64,000 nucleotides of DNA from Amoebidium appalachense (Eukaryota; Protista; Ichthyosporea), in contig CAVNZM010000003.1 in assembly GCA_963693365.1 (NCBI GenBank), forward strand, positions 4,705,972 to 4,769,971. Reading direction: 5' to 3'. Made by a program: the position numbers and the translations under genes. Numbering within the stretch: position 1 is the first letter of the stretch; each line of letters opens with the position of its first letter. Positions 13,375-59,662 of the stretch are shown here, piece by piece. A model generated the notes under the pieces. It was not told the origin of the DNA, did not search any database, and was given only the letters and a program-made list of their open reading frames with translations.

Positions 13375-13458
13375 CCGCTGATAGCTCAGTTGGCAGAGCG
13401 GGAGACTGTAGTGGTAGCTGTCATCTCTAGGTCGCTGGTTCGATTCCGGCTCGGCGGA
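13375..13458 (+). tRNA. tRNA-Tyr(GTA) with 11-nt intron
   Basis: Acceptor stem CCGCTGA/TCGGCGG+A, D arm GCTC-AGTTGGCA-GAGC, anticodon arm GGAGA-CT-GTA-G[intron 13412-13422]A-TCTCT, T arm GCTGG-TTCGATT-CCGGC; C1:G72 and A73 are eukaryotic Tyr identity elements. Confidence 0.96.
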
Positions 13459-13471
13459 TTCTTTTTTTTTT
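13459..13471 (+). terminator. RNA polymerase III oligo-T terminator
   Basis: TTCTTTTTTTTTT immediately after the tRNA 3' end. Confidence 0.85.
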
Positions 13472-14048
13472 CCTTCTTCTTCTTCTTCTTCTTTTGTTTT
13501 TTTTGCGTGTGTACACGCGTGTTCCGGTCACCATCTCACGACTGCGCGTGTCACTGCGTTGATGTACTCAGATAAAAGGGCTTCTGCTATGAACAAAAAT
13601 TTTTTCTTCAAAAAAAAAAAAAGAGGGGGGGGGGGGGGGGGGAGGGGGGGGGGGGGGAGGGAGGGGAAGGGGAGGGAGGGGGTGCAGGGGGAGGCGGGGG
13701 AGATTCGGCCTGCAGACACGTCCACGCGGTCGTGCACATGCTGCATTCTGTCGGAACCACACCCATGGCCCAATTAGGTATGCTTTCTCCATGCAGCAAG
13801 CATTGATATTCCAGATTGTTCAGGGCAGTGAGCATCTGAACTAAGAGATGGGGGCATCCAAACGACGGGTGGTCAGGGTGCAATGGTGAGCCAGGCAAGG
13901 GGGAGGGGGCCGGGAGGGGCGGAAAAGGGGGGGGGGGGGGGGGGGGGGGGGAGGGGGGGGGTGCCATCATACTACTTTGGGGCCGGCGGACCGCCGCCGG
14001 GCGACGGGGGGGGCCCACGCATGGGCGTCCAGCTAGGGAGAACTGCCT

Positions 14049-14092
<44 letters not shown>

Positions 14093-14385
14093 AACACACA
14101 CACACACACACACACACCCACCCTACCCACTGAACTACATCCACCTCCCCACCCACAAGACCACCCACATCAGGCCCGATGTATTCCCGGAGCTCAGCCT
14201 CCCGTCCGGGCAATAAATCAACAGATAAGCGATAATATTACTATACTAGCCATTTCTTGGGTCCGCGGTCACACACATACACACACACACACACACACAG
14301 ACACAGACACATAGAGACACACACACACACATGTGCGCACGCCAGTTTGGGGTTCTTATTCGCGGACGGTATCTGTACATGTGCA

Positions 14386-14425
<40 letters not shown>

Positions 14426-14779
14426 CACACACTTAACCATAAAAGGTTAGTCTTCATGCAACTCAGTGACACTGCAGCTGATTGTGAAGTCTTGCCCAAG
14501 CAGTCACCCATGCATGCATCCCGCCAAACGGCACGCCTAAAATTTTACAAAGCAGTAAAAATAGGCCTAGGCATGCCATGCCTGAGTCAGCCTGAGTCGC
14601 CACGTACATGTATACATCCATATGACACACGTACGCGCACCCGGCGCACGCAAGCGCGTAGGCTACTCAGTGTAGTACTCCGTGACGGTCCCACGTGCAC
14701 GGACGCGCCCGGAGCTCCGCCGCTCAGGCACGTGAACTCAGCAGCCGGGCAGCATGAGTTCGCTTGTAATGCTGTACGC

Positions 14780-16984
14780 CGAATCTGATTGGTGTGACCC
14801 GATAGAAATTCAAAAGTAGCCAAATTTGTCTATTTTTGACGTCATTGATTTCCTGATTGGCTTGGGCAAGATAACGTAATTTTGTTCGGATCGGGTCGGG
14901 CTAAAAAGTGCGCTGAGCCTCTGGAATTTTGAGGATTTATAGAGAGGCGCATCCGACTGAATCCGTCCAAGTCTTCACGAATCGACATTCGCGCTATTAG
15001 TGTAGCACCCCGGGTGAACAAAGTCTCTGCCGATTACTCATTATTTGAATAAAAACCTGCGGGACTTCATTTTCACTTCGGTCACTTTCCTTTCACATCA
15101 ATTTTTTTTCCCGACTTTTCATCATGGCAGGTATATAAGAGCTTTCGCTTCTTTCTTTTTGTGACGGGACTGAAGTCCGGTGCAGGGGGGATGACCTCCA
15201 GGCAGGTGCTGGCGCAACCGGGGTGATGGTTGTGATCCTGCGGGCTGCAAGGAGTTGGTGAGCTACCTTACCTCTCTCCATCATGGTTCTGTCTTCGCGT
15301 CCTTTTACCCGCCGGGGCGTGCGGATGGTACTCTGATGGCCGCGAGGCTTCTCGTTTACAGACGGCGTCCACGAATAAGAAACTACCGCCCGGGGGGGTA
15401 AAGCCAAGTTTCTTTTTCGTTCTGATAGAGAAATTCCTGTTTTTTCTGCCTTTTCGCGTTATTACCATACGCAGTATAAGTTTCTTTCTCGTTCTGATAG
15501 AGAAATCAAAGGTAAAACTCAGTCGGCATGTGTTAATGTTCCTTAGGCAACACCGTACTGATCATTATCGCTTTTTGGGAGCTTTGGCAGGATATATTTC
15601 TCCTGCTGTACGTATGGATACCACCCTAGTAGATAAGTCTGTATGGTGCTCTGATGTTGATATTGCCTGGGAAGTTGTGCAGTGGCGTTGTAATTTTTGT
15701 TTTCATCGCCGCTGGTGCCACTTTTGTGCTGAACCTTTCAATCGCAAGCATGTTGATAGGTGTGAGTTTTTATGTCGCATTTTACCCCTTTCCCTACGGG
15801 TGTCTGCTACACTGGCTGGCAATGTGACCACTTTAGACTTTTTTTTGAATTCTGTTGGTCGTCACATTGATAACTCGTGAAGTTTTTTTATTGTCTTCGC
15901 AGTATGCCGTGCATACTTGCAGTTTCCGTCGAATAAATCCAGTCAAAAGAAAAAAATCCTCCATGCCCGGCAGGAACACCACCTCAAAAAACCCCCTGCC
16001 ACTTACTAATAAAATAAGAAATCTAATTGGGGAACAGGTAAAGCTACTTTTCTTATTGTTTCCCGCTAAAGCTACTTTTTCTTATTCATGGAATTCTTAT
16101 TCGCGGCCGTCTGTAGGGGGTTGGCGGCCTTCTGGGTAAGCGACGGCACCCTTTTTCTATGATGGGGGGCACAACTAAGTTTTCTGCAACTCTACGTTTT
16201 CTCCTTGGGGTGCACCTGCGGCTTGGTTGACGTCTCCTCCGCGGCGCGCGTCCGGGGTAGTTTATAGCCGACTGGGACGTCTCAGCTGGCTACAGTTACG
16301 GTCCCTTGTGGTGGCAGTTAGCTCTATAGCCTTGATTTGTGTACCCGCTTGCCTGGTAGTGTTGGTTCCTTTTGCATCTCCCGTTACAGCTAGGCTACCT
16401 TGCCTGGCTGCTATTCTCCTTGGAGGGTTAATCCTGTCGCCGCGCCCCCTAAGGTAGTTTTGCAGTCTTACATGTTCTGTATTGCTCTTTTGAAACCTCG
16501 TGTGCTGCTCCAGTGATAGAGTTTTGGCCGAGGGCTCTGTCTCTAGAGTAGTTACAGATGGCTTCCTTGCAGTTTGTAGCCTAGACATCTTCGTGGCTTT
16601 GATGGAGCAATCTAGCCATGCCCCAAGCTTCTCATTTTGTACCCTGCCATCGATGCTAATGACATGTTAACGTACGCGTTTACTCAAATTTCTGTGTGTT
16701 AACGTACGCGTTTCACTCAATGATTTCTGTGACTCAATTCATATTAGGTCACCTTTATTGAGGATTTTTTTGTTGTGGCAGCCGAAATATCAACTTATCG
16801 TTTTCAGTCCTGCCTTTAGTGTTTATTTGTATTTTTATACCTTTGGGTCGACGTCCGTATTCGAATCCAGTGAGCCTACTTCTCATTTTGACTCGAAAAT
16901 CGTCTCTCGAGATATCTGGGATATCTCTTTTTCGTGTCCTTCGAACATATGAGCACATCAATAAGTCATTATAAAAAATATAAA
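14780..16984. other. Complex-sequence island lacking long homopolymers; probable decayed transposon
   Basis: No long C/G tracts or CA repeats, only short broken ORFs, short internal direct repeats (15406-15434/15478-15506; ~16039-16087; ~16665-16720); abuts the palindrome. No recognisable domain. Confidence 0.3.
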
Positions 16985-17009
16985 AAATTCGGAGCCATAG
17001 CCTCCCCCC

Positions 17010-17050
<41 letters not shown>

Positions 17051-17269
17051 GGCCTTGGGGACGGCACGGGGTCCCCCGCGCGGCAGCGTGTGCCCGGCGT
17101 GGCCCGGGGGGGTTAGTATCCGGATACTAACCCCCCCCGGATACTAACCCCCCCCCGGGCCACGCCGGGCACGCGCTGCCGCGCGGGGGACCCCGTGCCC
17201 CCAGTCCCCGGGGCCCCGGGGGGGGGGGGGGGGGGGGGAAGGGGGGGGGGAGCCTATGGCTCCGAATTT
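16985..17269. repeat. ~285-bp GC-rich near-perfect palindrome (foldback)
   Basis: AAATTCGGAGCCATAG..Cn..GGCACGGGGTCCCCCGCGCGGCAGCGTGTGCCCGGCGTGGCCCGGGGGGGTTAGTATCC|GGATACTAA.. is mirrored out to ..CTATGGCTCCGAATTT. There is no central spacer, and GGATACTAA-Cn is duplicated right of centre. Confidence 0.95.
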
Positions 17270-17348
17270 GGAGCCTTCGGCTCTCCCCCCAAACTGTTCA
17301 ACTAGGGGGAGCAGTCCAACGGGCCTGTACCGGTACCACCCTACTTGC

Positions 17349-20984
<3,636 letters not shown>

Positions 20985-21358
20985 GGAAACAAGACAGCAT
21001 TCCGGGGGGGAAAAGCCTTCCAAATCGGGTAGGTGGTGCTTGATACGCCAATCGTTTTTGCTCCGAGTGATGGCGAAATTTAATGAAAACATAAACTTCG
21101 GGCCCCTCTTTGAACCTTCTGCTTGAACTTTGCATGCACAGTAAGTAGGTAATGGGTAATGTGTTTACATTTTTCCATCATTCTGCTATGTGCACCTTCT
21201 AAAACCACACTACCCCACCTAGCGTCTGCCCAGCTACAGCCAGGATAGCAAGTTATCCTTCCTTTCTACAACCCCATCTGCACTTCGAAACCCTCTCTCT
21301 GCTTCATGTTTTCGTTGACTCATGCATATTACTCCTGATCAAAGGCTAGTTTGCGAGA

Positions 21359-42888
<21,530 letters not shown>

Positions 42889-45376
42889 GAATATGTGTTG
42901 AAGGCTGTTGAAGGCTAAAAAAAATAGTTCTGTTGAAGGGTTCTTCTTTAGGCCAAGTTTAGTAGGCCTTATCGGGCCCAGTATTTGATGCATCGCACCC
43001 CATTACATGGTCTATGTATAAACATCCGGTTCTGACCCGACCCGGAACCTTAGAAGAAACCCCCCTGAAAAATTAAAAACGGGTAACGGGTAATTTTGAG
43101 GAGGTCGAGTGTTACAATGTTCAGCAAATATAGCAGGTCTCTGTGAAAAAGCAAGACTTATTTTTATTATTGTTTACAGAATTTGGTTTTCCCGCTTGAG
43201 TTCCTTTATGGTAGTTTTGGCACTCTGTCCTATGTACGTAATCGTTAGATTACGAACATATAGTGGGTGCTGGCAGATGTTTGAAGAGATTAATTAAGTC
43301 AGATATAACCTGCAGGATAGATGAACAAAGCCAAACTATTTATTTTTAGAAACTTATCTAATATGGTGTCAGACTTGGATTCATTTTTTGGTTAATGCTT
43401 CCGCGCATAATAAAATGCGGCACACACGCGCGCTCGCACCCACACACAAACACAAAAACAAACACACATTTTGACACATGTGCACGCATGCGCGTGCCTG
43501 CCCACACGCACATGCACGCACGCACGCCCACCCACCCACCCACACACACGCGCGCGCGCGCGTGCGCACGCACAGTGACTTGTACGCACGCATAGCGCGT
43601 GCACACACTAACCCTTCACACAAGCACGCATACACACGCACGCATGCATGCACACAGTCGCACACACACGCACACACCGTATGCGCAGGCACGTGCATGC
43701 AGGTGCACACATGCAAACACGTCAGGCACAAGCACCGTACACAGAGAGGAGGAGAGCAGCCTGAGGATAGGAAACGACGTCCGACTAGTGGTACATATAT
43801 GGCACATACATATGCATGTCACGATCATGATCGGCCACGTGGGATAGAGTCCACAAAACCCGTACGTAACATTGTGCTAACTCTCTGAAACTCTTGACTT
43901 TTTGGGACATTCAAGCCGTTCTTGGAGATCTCACACGATGTGTATCATTGAAAACGTTGATAGTGCCTCCCTCTCCCCGCCCCCCTCCCCACCTCTCTCC
44001 CCGCCCCTCCGTCCTTAACCCTCTACCTCCCCCCCCCCTCCTCCCCCCTCCCCCTCCCCCCATCCCGCCCGCCCTGCCCCGCCCGGCCGCCCGCCCTTCG
44101 AGGCACCCTCACAAGATTATGTGTTTCCCAAGGGGGCAGATGATCGAACAAGTAAACCTATGCACATGTACATGGCACCGTTGAGATTTCTAGATGATGG
44201 ACTGGTCAAGAAACGAAGGCTGAAATTGTGTCTCGTTGAGGCTCGGCTTCCAATATATGGTTTTATGAAGTTAACCTCCTTCAGGATGTGACAACGGCTA
44301 GTCGCTGCAATACACCCTTCGGTTGGATGTCTTTCCGTTTTTTTTTGCCAGTTTGTGTTTTGTGACTCTTGGCTCACGACTGCTCTTTATGTAAGGTTGC
44401 GGGCACCCGCAATTTGTTGAGCGGCCAATCAAAATGTGGCTATACAATGCTCGATAGTATGAGCGTTGATTGGTTAAAGATTGAGCGATAAACATTATAA
44501 AGGTTCCATCTATTTTTATTTCACTTTTTCCCAACTTGAATCCCAAGCTAATATCACGTAGTTTGTAGTTGCGCATATTTGGTAAGGCCTGTACAACCAA
44601 TCACTTTCGTTCACGATGTTCGCTCTTTCCTATGAGCAAATTTTCACAATGTTTTCAAAAAAGTTATCACTTTGAATCACTCAGAGTCCTGATTCTTGAA
44701 TTTGTTGGTTCTTGATCGCAAAAGTATGATTTTCAAGCTCCACACAACGCAGCATGTTTTTCTAAACTTTTGAAAAAAAATCCACGAGCTTCTACAGATC
44801 CTTCTGGATATGAAGTTATTCAACTGTTATTGCTCGGAGCCTCGAACTGTAAAAGAAAGATTGGATAACTTTGAAATGTTTGTCTGCTTTTGAATTTTTC
44901 GCTATATTTATCAATGCCCCGTCATCATTTCCGTGGCTGCACCCACGAACACGGCCCACAAATCCGTGTGCACATTTTCCCGTTGTTTCTGAAACGTCAT
45001 AAAATGGACAGAAAACATCGTTTTGGACCCAATTTTGGAGGCTGACTTCATTCGTTTTACTTCGCTGCGTATACTCAGTAGTTTTTACCCACGATTAAAG
45101 CTGCGAACCACACTTGCTTGTAACATCACGTCCAGACAGGGAGTGCGAGATCCGCAATTCTAGTAGGGCCAAAAAACACGTTTATGCAGAGATCAAAGCT
45201 TTACAAAACGGTTTGCCATCTACACCAGCACAAGTAAACCTAATGCCGTGATTTCCCTGTTGCCGGCTGCTGTGGCAGGATATTCTTGCCCGAACACCCC
45301 TACGCCTGATAAACGTGCACTTCCTTTTCTTATCAGCACGCTACATATACGCCTTGGGCCTTTTCACGTAATTACC

Positions 45377-53032
<7,656 letters not shown>

Positions 53033-53362
53033 TCCGATTAGGAAATCGATTGAGATCGAGATTGTGTTCATATGAAAGGAAGATGAATGTAATTGTGGGT
53101 TATGTCAGAGATTTTAGACTACATATCCTTGAGACTATACTGCTTTCGGTTTTTGTGGACTTTCTACGCGCGTGGGTCTCTTTTTTGTACTTTTTATTTT
53201 ATGTTGTTCAATACTTTCAGCTCGAAGATCCTGGGGTGCTTTCTGCCCCCCCCCCCCCCCCCCCCCCTCCCCCCTCCTCCTCCTCCTCCTCCTCCTCCTC
53301 CTCCTCCTCCTCCTCGTCTATCCCCCCCCCCCCCCTCTTTCTCTTTGTCGCTCGCTCTTCTT

Positions 53363-53397
<35 letters not shown>

Positions 53398-54268
53398 TTT
53401 TTTTTTTTTTTTTTTTTTTTTGGACGGAGGCTGGAAAAAAAGCCAATGTATGGACAAGGGTGACCTGGAGGTTGTAGTGTTTTTTCTTGTCCACTCAATT
53501 GAATTTTTACGAATGTTTGGCGCGCAGTGCGGTTAATGGTGGTGGGCTACATATTCCTATGGGGGGTTTGTTTATTGTGTTGGGGGTTTTTGGTCTCGGG
53601 TGAATGCACAAGTCTTGAGGTAGAGGGGAGTTGGCATAAGTATTTGTATTGGTACGTCAAAGCTTATTTCTCATGTCGTATTGATACATTTTACTTTATT
53701 TCTCTTGCCGTATTGGTACTTGTACTTGTTTCTTGAGTTAAGAGTTCGTAGGCACCTTTTTGCCCAGATTCTTATTCCAGGGCATTATATAGGATTCAGT
53801 GACCTATTCATTGGTTCATCATAAACACCTTTGTTCATCCGTACAGATTTTGCCCTGACACTTTCGTCACAATAGGGCTTGTTTTCTTCCCATTTTTCCT
53901 TCCCCTCACCAGTTTTTACTGAACATTCCTTTTCTCGCCTTGTCAAAAAATATATTTAGTGTACGTGGATGTATTGTTTTTCGTCCCATATAACTTTAAA
54001 GGAGTTACCATTGCCGGAGTCTGTGACATCCGCTAATTAAAGCACACAATTATTGTAGAATGTGTCTAAGCATGTTCCCCCTTCCCCTGCAGCCACTTTT
54101 GCCCCCCCCCCCCCCCCCCCCCCCTCCCCCCCCCCCCCCCCCCCCCCCCCCTCCCTCCCTCCACCCACCGTGCACCCACGTGCACCACCCCCTTTTTTGC
54201 TCCTCTCCACCCACTACCACCACACAAGCTCACGCCTCATCTGACGCCTCCTCCCTCCCTGCCCCCCC

Positions 54269-54301
<33 letters not shown>

Positions 54302-54527
54302 CGCCACCTCCCGACCTGCCGCCACACCCCTCTCTCACTCTGCTCTCTATCTGCTCACCCTCACTCTCATCACCATGTGGGTATTCGTATGCGTGTGCGT
54401 CTGCGTGTGCATGTGCGTATGAGTGTGTGTGAGCATGCCCGTGTGTGTGTGTGTGTGTGTGCGCGCGCGCGCGCGCGTGCGTGCGTGTGCGTGTGCTTGT
54501 CGTGTGCGTATTTTTTTTTTTTTTTTG

Positions 54528-54558
<31 letters not shown>

Positions 54559-55167
54559 GGGGAGGGGGGGGAGAAGACTTCGGCCCAAAAGTCATTAATG
54601 TCTGGACCCTGCATTTACATGTCACCGCTTGCACATAGGCACAGCTTGAAGAACAAATGGCAAATCTAGTTCCATGTGTACATATCTATAGCCTATTGGA
54701 GTCTGGAGACGTGAAGGCAGCCGGGGACTGGGAAAGGTTTTTTTTATTTTTTATTTTTTTATTTTATTTATTTATTTATTTGGGGGGGGGGGGGGGGGGG
54801 GGGATGGGGGGATGGGGGTTGGTATCGGGGGGTGGGGGGGGGAGGGGGGGGGGTGGAGGGCAAGGAGAGAAAGAGAGTGTGGTTTCTTCAAGTTGGGATT
54901 TGGGGAGTTAAAAAAAAAAAAAAAACACCGCCACCACCCAAACCCTCCTCTTCCCCATCTTCTCTCTACTCAGCACAAGCATTACAGTCCTTTACCTCCC
55001 TCCCAACAACCCACCAACACACACCTAGGAACTTTCTTTTTTTCCACAACCATCATGCCCGTCCCTCTCTCTCCCCCCCCTCCCCCTCCCCCCCCCCCCC
55101 TTCCCCCCCCCCCCCCCCCCCCCTCCCTTTCCGTTCTCACCTGCCTCTAAGACTCACCCCGCCCCCC

Positions 55168-55209
<42 letters not shown>

Positions 55210-55229
55210 CCCCCACCCTTACCCTTCTT

Positions 55230-56605
55230 TCCTCAGATGTGCGCTGTGGTAGAAACTATCGATGGGGAACGTAGAGCATGAGGGGGCGGGGGGGGGGGGG
55301 GGGGGGGGGGTTCCAACAATGACAATGATCATAGTTAAGGAGAGCCTTGCGAGAAATGCAACCTGACAACCGAGCAAATTGCTATTACAGTAACTCACGT
55401 GCACACCATTTGGTTCTATATATTTTCTTAACTGGTTAATATGCCGATGTTCCGTTTTTGTTCAGAGGTTCCGTGTTGGTGTTGCACTGCATGTAGGCAG
55501 GAACCCTCTCCCTCCCTCCCTTTCCTTCTCCCCTCCCCCTCCCTCCCTAACCCTTGAAGTCCCCCTCCGATCTCCTAACAACTACATCACATGTTGCACC
55601 ACTACAAGGGAACAGAGGAGCATATGCGGACACACCCACTAACCCAAGAACCTATCCTTGTAAAAACATACAACTTTCATAAGGACGCGTATGAACAATC
55701 TCCCATTAGCCCCTTCTTAACCTTTCCAGACTGAGGGAAGCTGTTTGTGTGTGTGTGTGTGTGTGGGGGGGGGGGGGAATCAAGAGGACCTCGAAGAGGT
55801 AGTATCTGTAATAAACAGTCTTTTGCATCCAGTTTGGTCTTGACCTTGGTGGTTGGCCCCTAGAGGTGGCCATGGCCAAGGGCCACAGTGACTATCACAT
55901 CCCGTCCCACAATCACAGCCACATCTTTGTGCATTCACCACCAGCTGATTTCACTCCCGTCAGTTGGGTGACCGCCCACATAAATGCATGCCACTATGGT
56001 GGTTGCATCCATCTCCTTGGCGAATCCAGCTTGGCATCCGTGGATGCTGCTTGAGCAGCCCCAAATGTCCAATGGTTATCCATAAAACCCTCTTGAACTA
56101 CCCATCAGTCGCATCTCCGCCCCTTCCCCCCTCCACCTCCCCACACCTTCTCCCTCCAGCCACCACAACCCACCCCAATACACCTGAGTTTTTATACGTA
56201 TAATATGGGCCTTGATATTTTTTCCCACCTCCCCCCCCCTCCCCCCTCCCCCTCTCCCTCTCCCTACCTCCCTTAGATATGTCTAGCGGTAGGATATCGG
56301 ATGGGGAAAGTAGGACATGAAGGGGTTAGGGGAAGAGGGGGAGGGGAAGGGGTGGAAGAACCCAAGAAACCCAGCGTGCTGCTTGCCATGAATACTATTC
56401 ATGCCTTTATTCTTATTGGTTTTTACTATCAAATAAGTTATCATATATAATATGTTCTAATCGAACCAGTGCTCCGTGTCTCGCTTTGCACATGCCGTAC
56501 TCGCCCTTTGGTTCACTCAAACTACCACACCCTCACTGACACACCACAGCCAGCATAATCACCACTTACTTAGTGTAGCAGGGTAAATTGAGAGAGTGTG
56601 TGTGT

Positions 56606-56640
<35 letters not shown>

Positions 56641-56727
56641 AGAGGGGGGGGGGGGGGGGGGTTGCTTTGATAACCCTGTGTGCATGTCATAATGTCTACT
56701 GTAGTCTCAAGCCTTCCCCCACCCCCC

Positions 56728-56763
<36 letters not shown>

Positions 56764-56969
56764 CGCCCCCCTCCCACATACACATACACATTCTTTTCCT
56801 TCTCTTTTCTGTTGGTCCACTGGTTGGGTGGGCGGTGCGGGGGGCGGGGATAAGGGGGGGGGGGGGGGGGGGGGAGGGGGGAGAAGGGGACTTGGAGAGG
56901 GTGCATTAACGTCTATGCCTCTGTTTTTCTTTTTCGCAGACATCCCATAGGCAGCTTGGGGCGACAAAG

Positions 56970-57005
<36 letters not shown>

Positions 57006-57622
57006 ACCACCACCACCACCACCACCACCACCACCACCACCGCCACACACACACACACACACAAAAAGTTTGTCCCATAATCACAGCCACATCTTTGTGT
57101 ATTCACCACCAGCTGATTTCACCCCCGTCGGTTGGGTGACAAGGCCAATAAGGTCACCCCGGGATTCTTGCTTACTATTAACCCTTCACGGGTTGTCCCC
57201 ACCTCACTGACACTTCTCTCTCCTCTCCGTACTCCCGCCCCTCACCTTCCTTCCAAGAAATCAATATACTCAATCATATATTCCCCACATCTTACCCATC
57301 CTCTTTCTCGCCTTCCCCCACTCACACAACCACACAAATTCGCATTTATCATGTCTTGTTTTTATCCGCCACCCCACTCCCCCAACCCCTTCCCCCCTTC
57401 CCCCACCGCACGCCACCACGATGCCTCCCAATTATATCCAGCCCACCTTCCACGATTTTCCCACCTTTTCGCCACCATAACGGCCATAAGCCTCCAGTTT
57501 CTTTAATATTTCTTTACCTTGTTCCAGGGTTCACCGTCTCTAAGGATCCTTGTAGTAGCCTACACCCCCCACCGGGTCCCCCCCTCCTCCCTTTCCCCCA
57601 CAAAATTTGAAATCTCCTTCAC

Positions 57623-57658
<36 letters not shown>

Positions 57659-58043
57659 ACCCCAACCCAGGCCTTCCCCGCCCTACATATTTCCCATGCA
57701 TGGTTACGGCCTACCACCCTTTTCACAACTTAACTCATCCCCCCAATCCTTCTCCTTTCTTTAAGCATGAGAAAAGGCACACAAATAACTTCCCACGAAA
57801 GGAGGTCAGGTATGTGCGTGTGCGTGTGGCTGTGCGTACTACGATAAAGTGGCCCGGAGGAAAAAGGGGACGGGGGGGGGGGGGGGGGGGTAGGTAGGTA
57901 TGGGTGGTAATTTGGCATGAAAGGTGCGCTTGTGTGATCATCGGTGATGACAGATACAGGGGAGCGCAGAAACAGGGTAGCCGGAAGTGAACGGGTGGGG
58001 TGGTGCCCGGGTTGCTTTTTGGACTCTGATTCGATGGTGGGTA

Positions 58044-58107
<64 letters not shown>

Positions 58108-58824
58108 GACCAGGAATGACTTGTTCAGCTAGCATTATGGGTGGCCTCTTGACATTTTGAGGGTTGCTGAGTGCAGCCACTATGAACAAACACGTACATA
58201 GAGCCCATTCGTAGTGCTGCAACCACCATAGTGGCACGCATTTGTATGGGCGGTCACCCAACTGACGGCAGGAAAATCAGCTGGTGGTGAATACACAAAA
58301 AAGTAACTGTAATTGTGGGACAGAATGTCGGGTGCTGTTCCCCACCCACCCACCCACCCACCCACTTTCCCACCCAACCTACAAACACCCGTCTCAGTGT
58401 TACAGTGTATATTGACAATATGCCTGCCTGAGTCTGTGTGTTTAAAGATGGGTGGGTCCTTGGACAAGGGAACGGCGACGGAGGGGGAGAGGGGAGCCGG
58501 GGGGAGAGGGGGGGGACCGGAGAGAGGGGTAATGTTTCTTTTTCTTTCTTTTTCCTTAATGCTTTGTGACATGCCTCGTTATTGTTTTGGTTGTGGCTGT
58601 TGGGATATTGTTTGTGTGTCTGTGTGTGAGCTCATTGTGTATGTATAGTGGTTGCAGTCCGTTGACCTCAAAAAATTTCACCGTGGATGCTGCCTAAAGC
58701 AAAGCCCGAAGGGTCCAATGGCCGCCCATAAAACTTGATTATAATATCCATCACTGTCTGCACTTCCTCTCGTCCCCCTCCCCTCCCCCCTCTTCTCTAT
58801 CCAGTCACCACGACCCACCTGGTG

Positions 58825-58892
<68 letters not shown>

Positions 58893-59114
58893 CTCCCGCT
58901 CCCTGCCTCCCTTAGATATGCCCTGGGATGGGGAGTCTCTGAGAAACGACAATGGTTGATGGAAGAACTCTAGAAATACGATGCCGCTTGCCATCATGAT
59001 GAACACTATCATGCTTTTATTCTTATTATCATTATTAACATTATTCATATTGCCATTCAAAACTCTAATATGTTCTTATCCGGAGTTCGGTAATCCCTTT
59101 GCACAGGGCGTACT
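55230..59114. repeat. Cluster of decayed, partly inverted copies of a multi-module unit (possible pseudo-exons)
   Basis: GTCCCAYAATCACAGCCACATCTTTGTGYATTCACCACCAGCTGATTTC at ~55903 and ~57072, inverted at ~58219-58321; further shared modules at ~56038/58681, ~55230/56269/58908 and ~56378-56501/58983-59114. Confidence 0.75.
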
Positions 59115-59121
59115 ACTACAA

Positions 59122-59192
59122 TAAGGGGCGCGGCACCCCGTGAATGGTGACGTCACAAGTGACGTCACATTCACGCGGTCCCGCACCCCTTA
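59122..59192. repeat. 71-bp subterminal hairpin with two GTGACGTCAC (CRE/ATF-like) palindromes
   Basis: TAAGGGGCGCGGCACCCCGTGAATGGTGACGTCAC-AA-GTGACGTCACATTCACGCGGTCCCGCACCCCTTA. Confidence 0.9.
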
Positions 59193-59459
59193 GGATATGG
59201 GATATGTGAATATGAGATATGTGATATCTGTGTACACATATCGCGATATGGGATATATGTGATATGGGTGGATATATGTACATGAGCACGTGCACACACA
59301 CTGTGTGTGTGTAAAACACGTGCAGAGCACGTGGTTTTAATTAAATGATTAAACAATTAAAGAGAGAGAGAGGGCGTGTCACGTGTACGCGTACGTGTAC
59401 GCGTACATGTGGTGCGTACATGTACACAAGTGCGGATCAAAGGAATGCGAAGGTTTGCG

Positions 59460-59662
59460 CAAGGCGTCCAATGGGAATTCGAATTCTGAATTCCATGTAC
59501 AAGGCGTCCAATGGTATTACGGATGCGCAGGGCGGCCAATGATAATTCGGCTCAAAAAAGCAAATTGCCGCACAAGGCGTCCAATCGGAATCTAGACAGG
59601 CACATGTGGTTCTAGGTGTCCAATGAGGGCACAGGGAACAGGGATTACGGTCCTCATTGGCC
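59460..59662 (+). promoter_or_regulatory. CCAAT-box cluster upstream of the 305-aa ORF
   Basis: AGGCGTCCAAT-like motifs with CCAAT at 59468, 59508, 59536, 59581 and 59620; ATTGG at 59656. Confidence 0.6.

Noticed and set aside
12960-14520. Additional spliced gene around the tRNA
   Set aside because: Exon-like patches exist, but I could not assemble a phase-consistent, recognisable protein on either strand
15800-15850. Gag zinc knuckle (SGHIASQC on the minus strand)
   Set aside because: The first two cysteines are absent and stops flank it; insufficient support
43021-45240. Transposon in the intergenic region (ACCCGACCCG, AAAGTTAT words)
   Set aside because: Only scattered MITE-like words; no paired TIRs, TSD or transposase could be identified
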